Shown here: in pieces, positions 6,218 to 12,448 of the stretch
Numbering within the stretch: position 1 is the stretch's first letter
Layout: the number at the start of each line of letters is the position of its first letter
IMG/VR virus record: IMGVR_UViG_2648501165_000019
Source: a virus
Taxonomy: Duplodnaviria; Heunggongvirae; Uroviricota; Caudoviricetes
Length of the DNA: 12,448 bases
Reading direction: 5' to 3' (one strand)
Notes under the pieces: model-generated
What the model was told of the DNA's origin: nothing
Databases searched by the model: none
What the model saw: the letters and a program-made list of their open reading frames with translations, nothing else
Position numbers and translations under genes: made by a program

Positions 6218-6628
6218 TCAGAACGAAATATCATCACCGTAAGGGTCATCGCCTCCCGCTGGTGGCTGATTACCCTGTGTGCCTGTGGTTTTGCGTCTGT
6301 TCCCGCCTGGACGTGCCGCGCGGGCACTGATTACGCTGTCTGCGATAACCTGCCAGCCCTGCCGCGTTTCTCCGTTCTGTCCGGTCCACTGGCTTACCTG
6401 CATCGTGCCGGATACGCTGGCAACATCGCCTTTTTGATGTTTAGCCAGGAAGTCGGCCTGTTTGCCAAATGCGATGACCGATAACCATAACGTCGCCTGT
6501 CCGTCCTGTGCCTGGCTGCATGGCAAAGATACCGCCATACGCGCCAGCGTCATCGGTGTGCCCTTGCTGGTCTGTTTTACCTGCGGGTCGTCCACCAGCC
6601 GCCCGTAAGCGGCTATCTGTGCCGTCAT
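6218..6628 (-). CDS. Single-stranded DNA-binding protein (136 aa)
   Basis: OB-fold region parallels E. coli SSB (WLSVIAFGKQADFLAKHQKGDVASVSGTMQVSQWTGQNGETRQGWQVIA vs [50 protein letters not shown]). Gly/Pro-rich linker and acidic C-terminal tail DDPYGDDISF (E. coli SSB ends DDDIPF). ATGA start/stop overlap with the upstream gene. Confidence 0.85.
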   Translation of the reverse strand: MTAQIAAYGRLVDDPQVKQTSKGTPMTLARMAVSLPCSQAQDGQATLWLSVIAFGKQADFLAKHQKGDVASVSGTMQVSQWTGQNGETRQGWQVIADSVISARAARPGGNRRKTTGTQGNQPPAGGDDPYGDDISF

Positions 6629-6876
6629 AATTCCACCTCTCCGGTTTTAACGTTGATGGTTGTTACCTGTTCCGCTTCGGCAATCTCCCGTTCTGTCAGC
6701 GTGGCAAAGTTTGCCGCCGCCGTGGTCATGAATGCGCTTATCAGGTCGGGATGTTCCTTCGCGTATCCTTCCCGCGTGTGGCGGTCTATCGTTCTGATTG
6801 CCACCTTTAAGGTGTGCTCAGTCATGTCTAACGCTTTATATTTTGGCTCTGTTCTGTCTCTGCGTTTTTGGGTCAT
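6625..6876 (-). CDS. Hypothetical protein (83 aa from ATG at 6876)
   Basis: The ORF-track frame extends to 6906 but that start is GTG and lies inside the iteron array. The ATG at 6876 has a GAGG ribosome-binding site 9 nt upstream. Stop overlaps the SSB start (ATGA). Confidence 0.4.
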   Translation of the reverse strand: MTQKRRDRTEPKYKALDMTEHTLKVAIRTIDRHTREGYAKEHPDLISAFMTTAAANFATLTEREIAEAEQVTTINVKTGEVEL

Positions 6877-6885
6877 TTCTCGCAA

Positions 6886-7078
6886 CCTCTCACTTTTTCG
6901 CCTCACTTTTTCAAGCGTCTCACTTCGTCGCAGTTGGGATTTTCGGTTTTTCTATGTGTGTGTTTCATAAGTATTTTTTTACCCCTCACTTTTGAGGATG
7001 TATACAGGTCGAAAAGTGAGGGAGAGCGGGCTAATTTTGGCCCTCTTTCTATCCCCCTCGCTTTTGCTCCTCACTTTT
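6886..7078 (-). repeat. Iteron array, putative replication origin, immediately 3' of the helicase gene
   Basis: Seven copies of a CCTCACTTTT-type decamer: 6889-6897, 6901-6910, 6918-6927, 6984-6993, 7056-7065, 7069-7078, plus one inverted copy at 7011-7024. AT-rich spacer around 6961-6981. Confidence 0.6.
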
Positions 7079-8477
7079 ATAGCGGCGCTACATCATCCCC
7101 ATCGATACGAATAACCCCATCTTTTTCCAGCTTGTACAGCCAGCGCCGGAAGTTTTTCATTTCATACCCCAGCTTTTTCATGTCATCACGTAACAGCGGG
7201 ATCGTGCACTTGTCGCCGTTCTGTGTGCGTGAACGGATGCCCCCCCATAGCGCGGTATGGTTTTTCGTCTTGTTCCCTGCCTCCTCGATGCGCTCCAGTT
7301 CAACAGGAGGGCGCGGATCATCCACCACCACCAGCGACGTGATTAATTCACCGTCAGCGTCGGTAAAAAGCTCCACCACGCGTAAGTCATATGCGGCTTC
7401 TTTGAGTTCCTCCGCGTCCTTCATTTTGGTGCATGAGATAACCAGCGCTTCGCTTCCTGCGTCCTCCCTGCGTATCCGGTATTCAGCATCCAGCGAAGCA
7501 CGAAATGCACTGGAACCGCGCGCGCCTTTCGTCTCATCCTTGCCGGAATGGTGAACCACCAGCACCGTGGCCCCTGTGCGTCGTTTCAGTTCGTCACAAC
7601 CACGGATAAACGCCCCCATATCACGGGAATCATTTTCATCATTCCCACCAAAGCAACGCGCCAGCGTATCCAGAATAATCATGCGTACAGGTTTACCCGT
7701 TTCCCGCTCCACCTGACGGGCAGCGATAACCATTTCATCAACATCAAGCGGGGCAGCCGGAAAGATGGGGCGGTTTACCAGATACAGATTTTTCACCTGC
7801 TCATCGTGCACAACCTCCCAGGCTTTTACACGACGCGGAACACCTATACCGCCTTCACCAACCACATAGAGAACCGCACCATGTGCAACCCTGCGGCCTC
7901 CCCACTGGCGACCAGTGGCAACATGGCACGCCCACGATCCGGCAAGGAATGATTTATAGGACCCGCTAGCCCCGTATATGCTGCATAGCGATACCGCCGG
8001 AATAATCCCCTTAACCACGTAATCCAGTTGCGTGTCGTATCCGGTAGATCCAACGCTCATCGGTAGCGTGGTTTTTCGCTGGTGGTTTTTTTCTTCCGCC
8101 GGCTCTTTCCCGCGCACCCGTTCCAGGTATTCGCGCCAGTTCTCCCGCATATGGCTGTGCATCCCTTCGGGGTAATAATTCGCATCAGTTACACCCGCCG
8201 CCGCCAGCTTGTGCGCAATGGCATTAATATTTGATGGCCTGATGTGGCCTGCCTTGTACAGCCGGACACAATAGCGCCCCTCGTCGATGATTCTCAGGTC
8301 TGCCAGTTCATCCAGTTGATCATCAGCCAGCACAACGGGAGGCACATTATCGCCAGCCAGTCGCCCGTCCTGTTCCTGCCACTGTTTCGCATGTGCCCAG
8401 GCATCACTACCCGCAAAAATAATGACTTCGGTCATCTTGTCGTAAGGCTGTTTTTTTAAGTTCGGTGCGCTTTTCAT
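7077..8477 (-). CDS. Replication protein with RecA-like (RepA/DnaB-type) ATPase domain, putative helicase/initiator (466 aa)
   Basis: Walker A GASGSYKS (aa 169-176), Walker B-like MIILDTLARCFGGNDEND, and VLVVHHSGK motif typical of RepA-like replicative ATPases. N-terminal region of about 160 aa unassigned. AGGGG ribosome-binding site 6 nt upstream; ATGA overlap with the upstream gene. Confidence 0.7.
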   Translation of the reverse strand: MKSAPNLKKQPYDKMTEVIIFAGSDAWAHAKQWQEQDGRLAGDNVPPVVLADDQLDELADLRIIDEGRYCVRLYKAGHIRPSNINAIAHKLAAAGVTDANYYPEGMHSHMRENWREYLERVRGKEPAEEKNHQRKTTLPMSVGSTGYDTQLDYVVKGIIPAVSLCSIYGASGSYKSFLAGSWACHVATGRQWGGRRVAHGAVLYVVGEGGIGVPRRVKAWEVVHDEQVKNLYLVNRPIFPAAPLDVDEMVIAARQVERETGKPVRMIILDTLARCFGGNDENDSRDMGAFIRGCDELKRRTGATVLVVHHSGKDETKGARGSSAFRASLDAEYRIRREDAGSEALVISCTKMKDAEELKEAAYDLRVVELFTDADGELITSLVVVDDPRPPVELERIEEAGNKTKNHTALWGGIRSRTQNGDKCTIPLLRDDMKKLGYEMKNFRRWLYKLEKDGVIRIDGDDVAPL

Positions 8478-8773
8478 TTCTTGCCCCTGAATCCGTTAAC
8501 CATGGTTTTCAGCTTCTGGATGTTTGCCCGTGCCCTGGCGTTGCTGGTGGGCACGTTATGCGGCGCGGTCTGTACCAGAGAAAAATCACGCCGGAACTGA
8601 TAAACAGGCATCACGCAATCATATTCGTAACCTTCACGGCGGTAGGTTACGCGCCGTTCTTCCACGCCCTTAATCATTACCGTGCCGCCGTACTGGTCGC
8701 GGTAAATATCACCGCGCGTAAATTTAGGGTGAGTGTTGCCACTGGCAGTTAAGCCAGAATATTTAAGTTTCAT
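8474..8773 (-). CDS. Hypothetical protein (99 aa)
   Basis: ATG with GGAGAA ribosome-binding site 8 nt upstream; translationally coupled to the helicase gene. No family recognised. Confidence 0.5.
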   Translation of the reverse strand: MKLKYSGLTASGNTHPKFTRGDIYRDQYGGTVMIKGVEERRVTYRREGYEYDCVMPVYQFRRDFSLVQTAPHNVPTSNARARANIQKLKTMVNGFRGKK

Positions 8774-8778
8774 TATTT

Positions 8779-9012
8779 TTATTCTCCGGTGTGCTGTTCT
8801 TTATATCTGTCGTGCAATAGATCTATTTCTTGCAGTTCCATTATTACAGGCTCAAGAAGCGTTATTAATGCCGTGGCAATTCTTGATTTTTGTTTGTCGC
8901 GTTCATTGTCGCCAAGTGTTTCAAGCCATATGCGCAATATTTCCATCATGTTTTCACTGTGAGAAAGTGCAAGAAATGCGCGGTCTATTGTTTGGTGGTA
9001 AATATCACGCAT
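8779..9012 (-). CDS. Hypothetical protein (77 aa)
   Basis: ATG at 9012 with GAGGA ribosome-binding site; overlaps the upstream gene by 8 nt. No family recognised. Confidence 0.5.
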   Translation of the reverse strand: MRDIYHQTIDRAFLALSHSENMMEILRIWLETLGDNERDKQKSRIATALITLLEPVIMELQEIDLLHDRYKEQHTGE

Positions 9013-9469
9013 GGCTTACATCCTCAGGAAATTTTCTTCTATAACGCGCCTCTGCCACATATTCCGCATAATCGGCGGCGATATTCAGTACATCAAGCCC
9101 CGTTGATTTATATTCTCTCGTGGAAAGTAAGAAAAAAGCCGCTCTAATAAGTTCTGGCATTGACGAAAGCGCATCAGCCGCATCATCAGGAACGCCGGAA
9201 AATTCCTGTTTCAGGGAATTAAAACGATCATCACGCATAACCCCCCCATTTTCACAATCAGCAATCAGGATAGCTTTGGCCTCATTCAGCGCCGTATCAG
9301 CACTAAATTGCATGACAGCCAGTGAGTGAGGAACGAAAGCACCGGCATATTCTGTTTCGCTGGTGGCGTGCTTATGTGCCCTGTCCGCGATAACAGAAAT
9401 ATCAATCAGCGCGTGCATCAGCGTTTTGATGGCTTCGGCGGCTGCGTCCGGTGTGGTTTTATTGTGCAT
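9005..9469 (-). CDS. Hypothetical protein (154 aa)
   Basis: ATG at 9469 with AGGGGA ribosome-binding site 6 nt upstream; overlapping gene chain. No family recognised. Confidence 0.55.
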   Translation of the reverse strand: MHNKTTPDAAAEAIKTLMHALIDISVIADRAHKHATSETEYAGAFVPHSLAVMQFSADTALNEAKAILIADCENGGVMRDDRFNSLKQEFSGVPDDAADALSSMPELIRAAFFLLSTREYKSTGLDVLNIAADYAEYVAEARYRRKFPEDVSHA

Positions 9470-9671
9470 AAAGCATCCCCTGAATATTCGTGTTAATCAT
9501 TCCGGCACGTTTTGTGATTTCCTGTAATGATTCCCTTGTGGCGACAATTGCTTCATCTGGTAAGTGGTAATTACACACCACGCGACCTTTATCCACATTG
9601 ACCAGTAGCTGCCCTGTGAATTTCTCACGAAACTGAATGCGGTTAAGGTCAGTAAGTGACAGATTAATCAT
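9459..9671 (-). CDS. Hypothetical protein (70 aa from ATG at 9671)
   Basis: Strong ribosome-binding site AGGAGGT 5 nt upstream of the internal ATG; the longer frame to 9713 lacks one. Overlaps the upstream gene by 8 nt. Confidence 0.5.
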   Translation of the reverse strand: MINLSLTDLNRIQFREKFTGQLLVNVDKGRVVCNYHLPDEAIVATRESLQEITKRAGMINTNIQGMLYAQ

Positions 9672-9861
9672 GGCGCACCTCCTGACGAATACGGGCGGCA
9701 AATACAGCAACACAACCGGACGGGCAACGGTTACGCGCTTCGCGTTCCGTCCAGGCGGTTACGTGGATGATTTGAGATTCTCCGGCACTCAGTGCCAGAA
9801 AACGCCACACAAAGGCCGTTTGTGTGTGTACAAGGTGTGGTATATGATTTACGGCAACCAT
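9664..9861 (-). CDS. Hypothetical small protein (65 aa), first gene of the leftward early operon
   Basis: ATG at 9861 preceded by AGGAG with a 5-nt spacer. It is the 3' part of a long spurious frame (9664-10608) in the ORF track. Contains a CPSGC motif. No family recognised. Confidence 0.45.
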   Translation of the reverse strand: MVAVNHIPHLVHTQTAFVWRFLALSAGESQIIHVTAWTEREARNRCPSGCVAVFAARIRQEVRHD

Positions 9862-9923
9862 AACGGCTCCTAGTTTACGTTGTTGGTTAGACGCCCCGTA
9901 TGTGTTCCCAGCACTGCGGGGCG

Positions 9924-9994
9924 TTGATTTTTGTGTAATGGCAAGTACAATGGTAATTACCATGTAGGTATAGTAATAAAGGGTAATTACCATG
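9924..9994 (+). promoter_or_regulatory. Divergent control region: sigma70-like promoter for the RHH gene with two palindromic operators
   Basis: -35 TTGATT (9924-9929), 16-bp spacer, -10 TACAAT (9946-9951). Operator 1 ATGGTAATTACCAT (9950-9963, perfect 14-bp palindrome) overlaps the -10 and start site. Operator 2 GGTAATTACC (9982-9991) overlaps the RHH start codon. Centre-to-centre spacing is 30 bp. Confidence 0.6.
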
Positions 9995-10165
9995 TCAACA
10001 CCATTAGAAAAACGTTCGCCTCCATACCAAATGCGATTACCGGAAGACTTCAGAGCGCAGCTAGAAGAAGCAGCTAAGGCCGATGGCGACACATCTTTAG
10101 CCACTTGGATTAAACGCGTTCTCCGCAAAGAATTACAGCAACGCGGCATAGAACCCAAAGGATAA
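9992..10165 (+). CDS. Ribbon-helix-helix (Arc/Mnt-like) DNA-binding regulator, 57 aa; not in the supplied ORF track because it is under 60 aa
   Basis: Translation MSTPLEKRSPPYQMRLPEDFRAQLEEAAKADGDTSLATWIKRVLRKELQQRGIEPKG. The segment YQMRLPEDFRAQLEEAAKADGDTSLATWIKRVL fits the Arc-type beta-strand/helix/helix pattern. Divergent from the minus-strand operon and overlapped by the palindromic operators. Confidence 0.65.
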   Translation: MSTPLEKRSPPYQMRLPEDFRAQLEEAAKADGDTSLATWIKRVLRKELQQRGIEPKG

Positions 10166-10207
10166 AAACTATCAGCGCCGTGGTGTGAGGTATTACGGCG
10201 CATTGCT

Positions 10208-10396
10208 ATGCAGGACAACACAATGACCGATAAAGAATTGACCAAAACATTATCACCGGCACGGAAAAGACGGCGCAGAAAGATAGAGCATGAATCAGAA
10301 AGATTCGCGCCATGTGCTTTTGCCCTTGAGCAATTCCTTAAAGAGTACAGGGAAACGCGCCCATTGCAGGTATGGCAACGAACTGAACCAGACTGA
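10208..10396 (+). CDS. Possible small basic protein (62 aa) downstream of the RHH gene; weak call
   Basis: ORF lies between the RHH gene and the plus-strand terminator at 10490-10520. No convincing ribosome-binding site; Arg/Lys-rich centre. Confidence 0.25.
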   Translation: MQDNTMTDKELTKTLSPARKRRRRKIEHESERFAPCAFALEQFLKEYRETRPLQVWQRTEPD

Positions 10397-10489
10397 TAGC
10401 ATTGCCCACCAGCCTGATAGCGGCTATCATCCCCGTGCTTATGTTTGGGATCATATACACATAAGGCGCAGCGGGTTATCTGTTCAGAA

Positions 10490-10520
10490 AGGCGGCTCCA
10501 TTTCGGGGCCGCTTTTTTTA
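10490..10520 (+). terminator. Rho-independent terminator ending the rightward RHH transcript
   Basis: GCGGCTCC, ATTTC loop, GGGGCCGC (8-bp stem with one G-U pair) followed by TTTTTTT. Confidence 0.6.
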
Positions 10521-10665
10521 TGCCTGAAAAACCCCAATTTTGTGGTTTTCCAGTCTCACCAGGGCGAACGAATCCCCGCCCACGTTCTGGCGTATATTCA
10601 ATCTTCATGGTTATAGCTCTGTGTTCAGATGATTGATGTGTGGCGGCTGTGTGCCGCCAGCGTGA

Positions 10666-10854
10666 TTAATGAACTGCCTTGCAGCTATCCTTCCAGGCCA
10701 GAACCTCGGATAAAGACCAGCCAACGGAACGACCGCCAAGTTTACGACGTGATGGGAATTGTCCGGCCTTTTCCAGGCGGTAGCGACACGTACGGCTAAG
10801 GCCGGTTAGTTTTTCGCATTCTTTTTCACGTATAAACCGATCAGTGCTTAACAC
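10666..10854 (-). CDS. alpA: AlpA-family transcriptional regulator / putative excision activator (62 aa)
   Basis: LTGLSRTCRYRLEKAGQFPSRRKLGGRSVGWSLSEVLAW matches the AlpA helix-turn-helix signature as recalled. The start codon is GTG (10854-10852) with an AAGGGGG ribosome-binding site 5 nt upstream. Same orientation as int, as in P4-like and PICI-type elements. Confidence 0.8.
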   Translation of the reverse strand: MLSTDRFIREKECEKLTGLSRTCRYRLEKAGQFPSRRKLGGRSVGWSLSEVLAWKDSCKAVH

Positions 10855-11125
10855 TATTGCCCCCTTTCGTTTCTTAAAGAGTCATCAGGTGTCTTATTGT
10901 GTCGTATTGTTCCCGCTAGAGTGATGAATGGCAAATACTGAGGATGTATGATTTACAGAAAATGAAAAAGTAAGAATAAAATCTTTTAAATTCATGTTAA
11001 TACAAAGGCATAAAATATTGTTCCATGCCTTTTTTCTCGCTCTTTAAAGAGTGATTCGCTAGTGTATAAAAAACCAGTAACACATTAAAAATCAGCTACT
11101 TATAAATCCGTACGCTTTTTCGCCT

Positions 11126-11201
11126 CTTGTTCGTAGTTGTTCCACATTGTTGCTCATTGTTGCACGTTGTATCTGTTCGCATATCCAGTATGCGCATACT
11201 G
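11126..11201 (-). repeat. Helically phased TTGTT repeats plus a 14-bp palindrome in the int-alpA intergenic region
   Basis: TTGTT recurs at roughly 10-bp intervals across 11126-11180 (CTTGTTCGTAGTTGTTCCACATTGTTGCTCATTGTTGCACGTTGT), followed by the perfect palindrome AGTATGCGCATACT at 11188-11201. Confidence 0.5.
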
Positions 11202-11218
11202 AAAAAACACGAAAAAAA

Positions 11219-12448
11219 TTATTTTCTTCTGGCTACTGGTAGCGTGGTTACGTTTTCATGTGTTCCCGCCAGTATCCCTAACCGCTCCGTCCACATATCC
11301 AGCGCATTGCGTTTCGCATCCAGATAACGGGAATGATTATAAACTCGCTGCATTCCTGGCATCTGGTGGCCTGTAAGCTGCTCCACGACATGCGGATCAA
11401 CGCCTAAATCGTTCAGCATGGTTGTAAAGGTGCGCCGGATGTCATGCAGTGACCAGTGAGGGTGATTAAGCCTCCTGTGCGCTAATCTTCCATACTGCGA
11501 TACGCTGGCCTCCTGTTTCACTTCCCCCAGCAATAAGCCCGTGTGCCTGTTCTGCTCCACCAGCTGCGTGATGAACGGCAGTATTGCTTCCGGTATAGGC
11601 CGGAATATGGCTACCTTCGTTTTGCTGTGCTCCTTCGGAACGGTCCAGAGCATTTCGGTAAAATCCCACTCGCTGATCTCCGATAACCTCAGTTCTACCG
11701 TCCGGCATCCGAACACAATCAGGAGGCGGATTAACGCGATGTAGTAGGGGGAGAATATTTTTTTGTCCAGTGCCTGCAATAATTCGCCCAGTTCTTTGGT
11801 GCTTAAGACACGCTCGCTTATATCCGGTTTTTTCCCAACGTCCGCCACACTCATATCATCAAGAACGTTGCTGATTGCATAGCGCCGCCTCCGGCAGAAC
11901 TTAAGCGCCTGTTTGCACGTCTGTAGCAAGAATCCGGCAGTAACAGGCGTTCGCTTTGCCACCTGGTCAAAACAGGCCAGCCAGTGCCGTAGCTCGCATT
12001 TATCCAGCGGCATAGCACCAATGTGCTGTATTACGTGATTATTAAGGCGCTTTTTCAGGGCGGCATAATCCACGCGGTTTTCCTTTGCGTACGACTCAAG
12101 CCAGTAGGTGAGCGCATCGCCAACCGTTACCGGCTTTAACGCTTCCTGTACGGTGTAATTAAGCTCATGACGTGGATTTTTCCCCTCTGCCAGCCATGCG
12201 CGACACTGGGCGGCTTTTTCCCTGGCTGATTTCAGGCTCAGATCAGGATAATTTCCCAGCTTAATGCGTTCCGGTGGTGCCCCCCTTCCCGTTCCGGCCC
12301 TGTAAGTGAAATACCAGGTTAAAAGGCCACTGGTTGAATGCCTGACGCTCAGGTTTCCACCGTCATTAAGAAAGGCTGTTTTTTGGGCGGGTGTGCCGTT
12401 GATTTTCCTCAGCTGTGTATCGCTCAGTTTGTTAAGTGCTCTGCTCAT
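11219..12448 (-). CDS. int: Tyrosine recombinase, P4-type integrase (409 aa); start codon is the last three bases of the window
   Basis: C-terminal catalytic region with HDIRRTFTT, LTGH and RVYNHSRY (candidate catalytic Tyr). N-terminal region with the DGG...W.F.YR pattern of P4-type arm-binding domains. Confidence 0.9.
   Translation of the reverse strand: MSRALNKLSDTQLRKINGTPAQKTAFLNDGGNLSVRHSTSGLLTWYFTYRAGTGRGAPPERIKLGNYPDLSLKSAREKAAQCRAWLAEGKNPRHELNYTVQEALKPVTVGDALTYWLESYAKENRVDYAALKKRLNNHVIQHIGAMPLDKCELRHWLACFDQVAKRTPVTAGFLLQTCKQALKFCRRRRYAISNVLDDMSVADVGKKPDISERVLSTKELGELLQALDKKIFSPYYIALIRLLIVFGCRTVELRLSEISEWDFTEMLWTVPKEHSKTKVAIFRPIPEAILPFITQLVEQNRHTGLLLGEVKQEASVSQYGRLAHRRLNHPHWSLHDIRRTFTTMLNDLGVDPHVVEQLTGHQMPGMQRVYNHSRYLDAKRNALDMWTERLGILAGTHENVTTLPVARRK

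Larger units (their letters stand above)
2025..12448 (-). mobile_element. Integrative satellite-like island (int, alpA, replication module, lambda-type head/packaging module); boundaries not resolved, the int-proximal att lies beyond the window
   Basis: Co-oriented gene set from the integrase at the window edge to the last minus-strand gene at 2025-2306. Content is listed in the individual features. No terminase large subunit, portal, protease, tail or lysis genes in about 10.4 kb. Confidence 0.7.

Noticed and set aside
6868-7554. 228-aa plus-strand ORF rich in Ser/Phe
   Set aside because: Antisense to the helicase gene and running through the iteron array; composition typical of out-of-frame translation of a coding region.
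9891-9924. Hairpin ACGCCCCG...CGGGGCGT followed by a T-rich run, as a possible terminator
   Set aside because: The loop is 18 nt and there is no upstream plus-strand gene to terminate; it lies in the divergent control region, so a regulatory role is as likely. Left unannotated.
9664-10608. 314-aa minus-strand ORF from the track
   Set aside because: It runs antisense through the RHH gene, its promoter/operators and the plus-strand terminator, and is Cys/Ser/Arg-rich. Only the 3' 65 codons (9664-9861) have a ribosome-binding site and are kept as a gene.
11126-11180. TTGTT short repeats as a possible CRISPR or minisatellite
   Set aside because: Repeat unit is only about 10 bp with no spacer-repeat periodicity of 28-37 bp and no cas genes; better explained as phased protein-binding sites.
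11127-11327. 66-aa plus-strand ORF at the int 3' end
   Set aside because: Overlaps the integrase gene in antisense and the repeat-rich intergenic region; no supporting signals.
2025-12448. Interpretation as an intact or decaying lambdoid prophage
   Set aside because: Gene orders typical of a lambdoid prophage are absent: no terminase large subunit, portal, protease/scaffold, tail or lysis genes. All genes look intact with good start signals and translational coupling, unlike a decaying remnant. The caveat is that sequence beyond 12448 is unseen.

Overview
The window holds a complete phoQ sensor-kinase gene (1-1461, + strand) followed by a compact integrative element of about 10.5 kb that runs to the window edge, where a P4-type tyrosine integrase gene starts on the last three bases. 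Nearly all element genes are on the minus strand, in this order from the integrase: int, alpA, a divergent ribbon-helix-helix regulator with palindromic operators, five overlapping small unknown genes, a RecA-like helicase/replication gene followed by an iteron array, an SSB, a PerC-like small regulator, then a minimal lambda-type head and packaging module. That module comprises an E-like major capsid protein, a D-like decoration protein, a Nu1-like small terminase and two cos sites in inverted orientation around terS. I found no terminase large subunit, portal, prohead protease/scaffold, tail or lysis genes, so I read this as a helper-dependent phage satellite that supplies its own capsid shell and packaging specificity, not as a prophage. 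Protein and cos assignments rest on my recall of lambda gpE, gpD, Nu1, E. coli SSB and the lambda genome ends; no database search was run. Two short N runs (1637-1649, 3258-3267) sit beside cos-like sequence and limit certainty about the cos arrangement. The element's attachment sites are not visible in the window.
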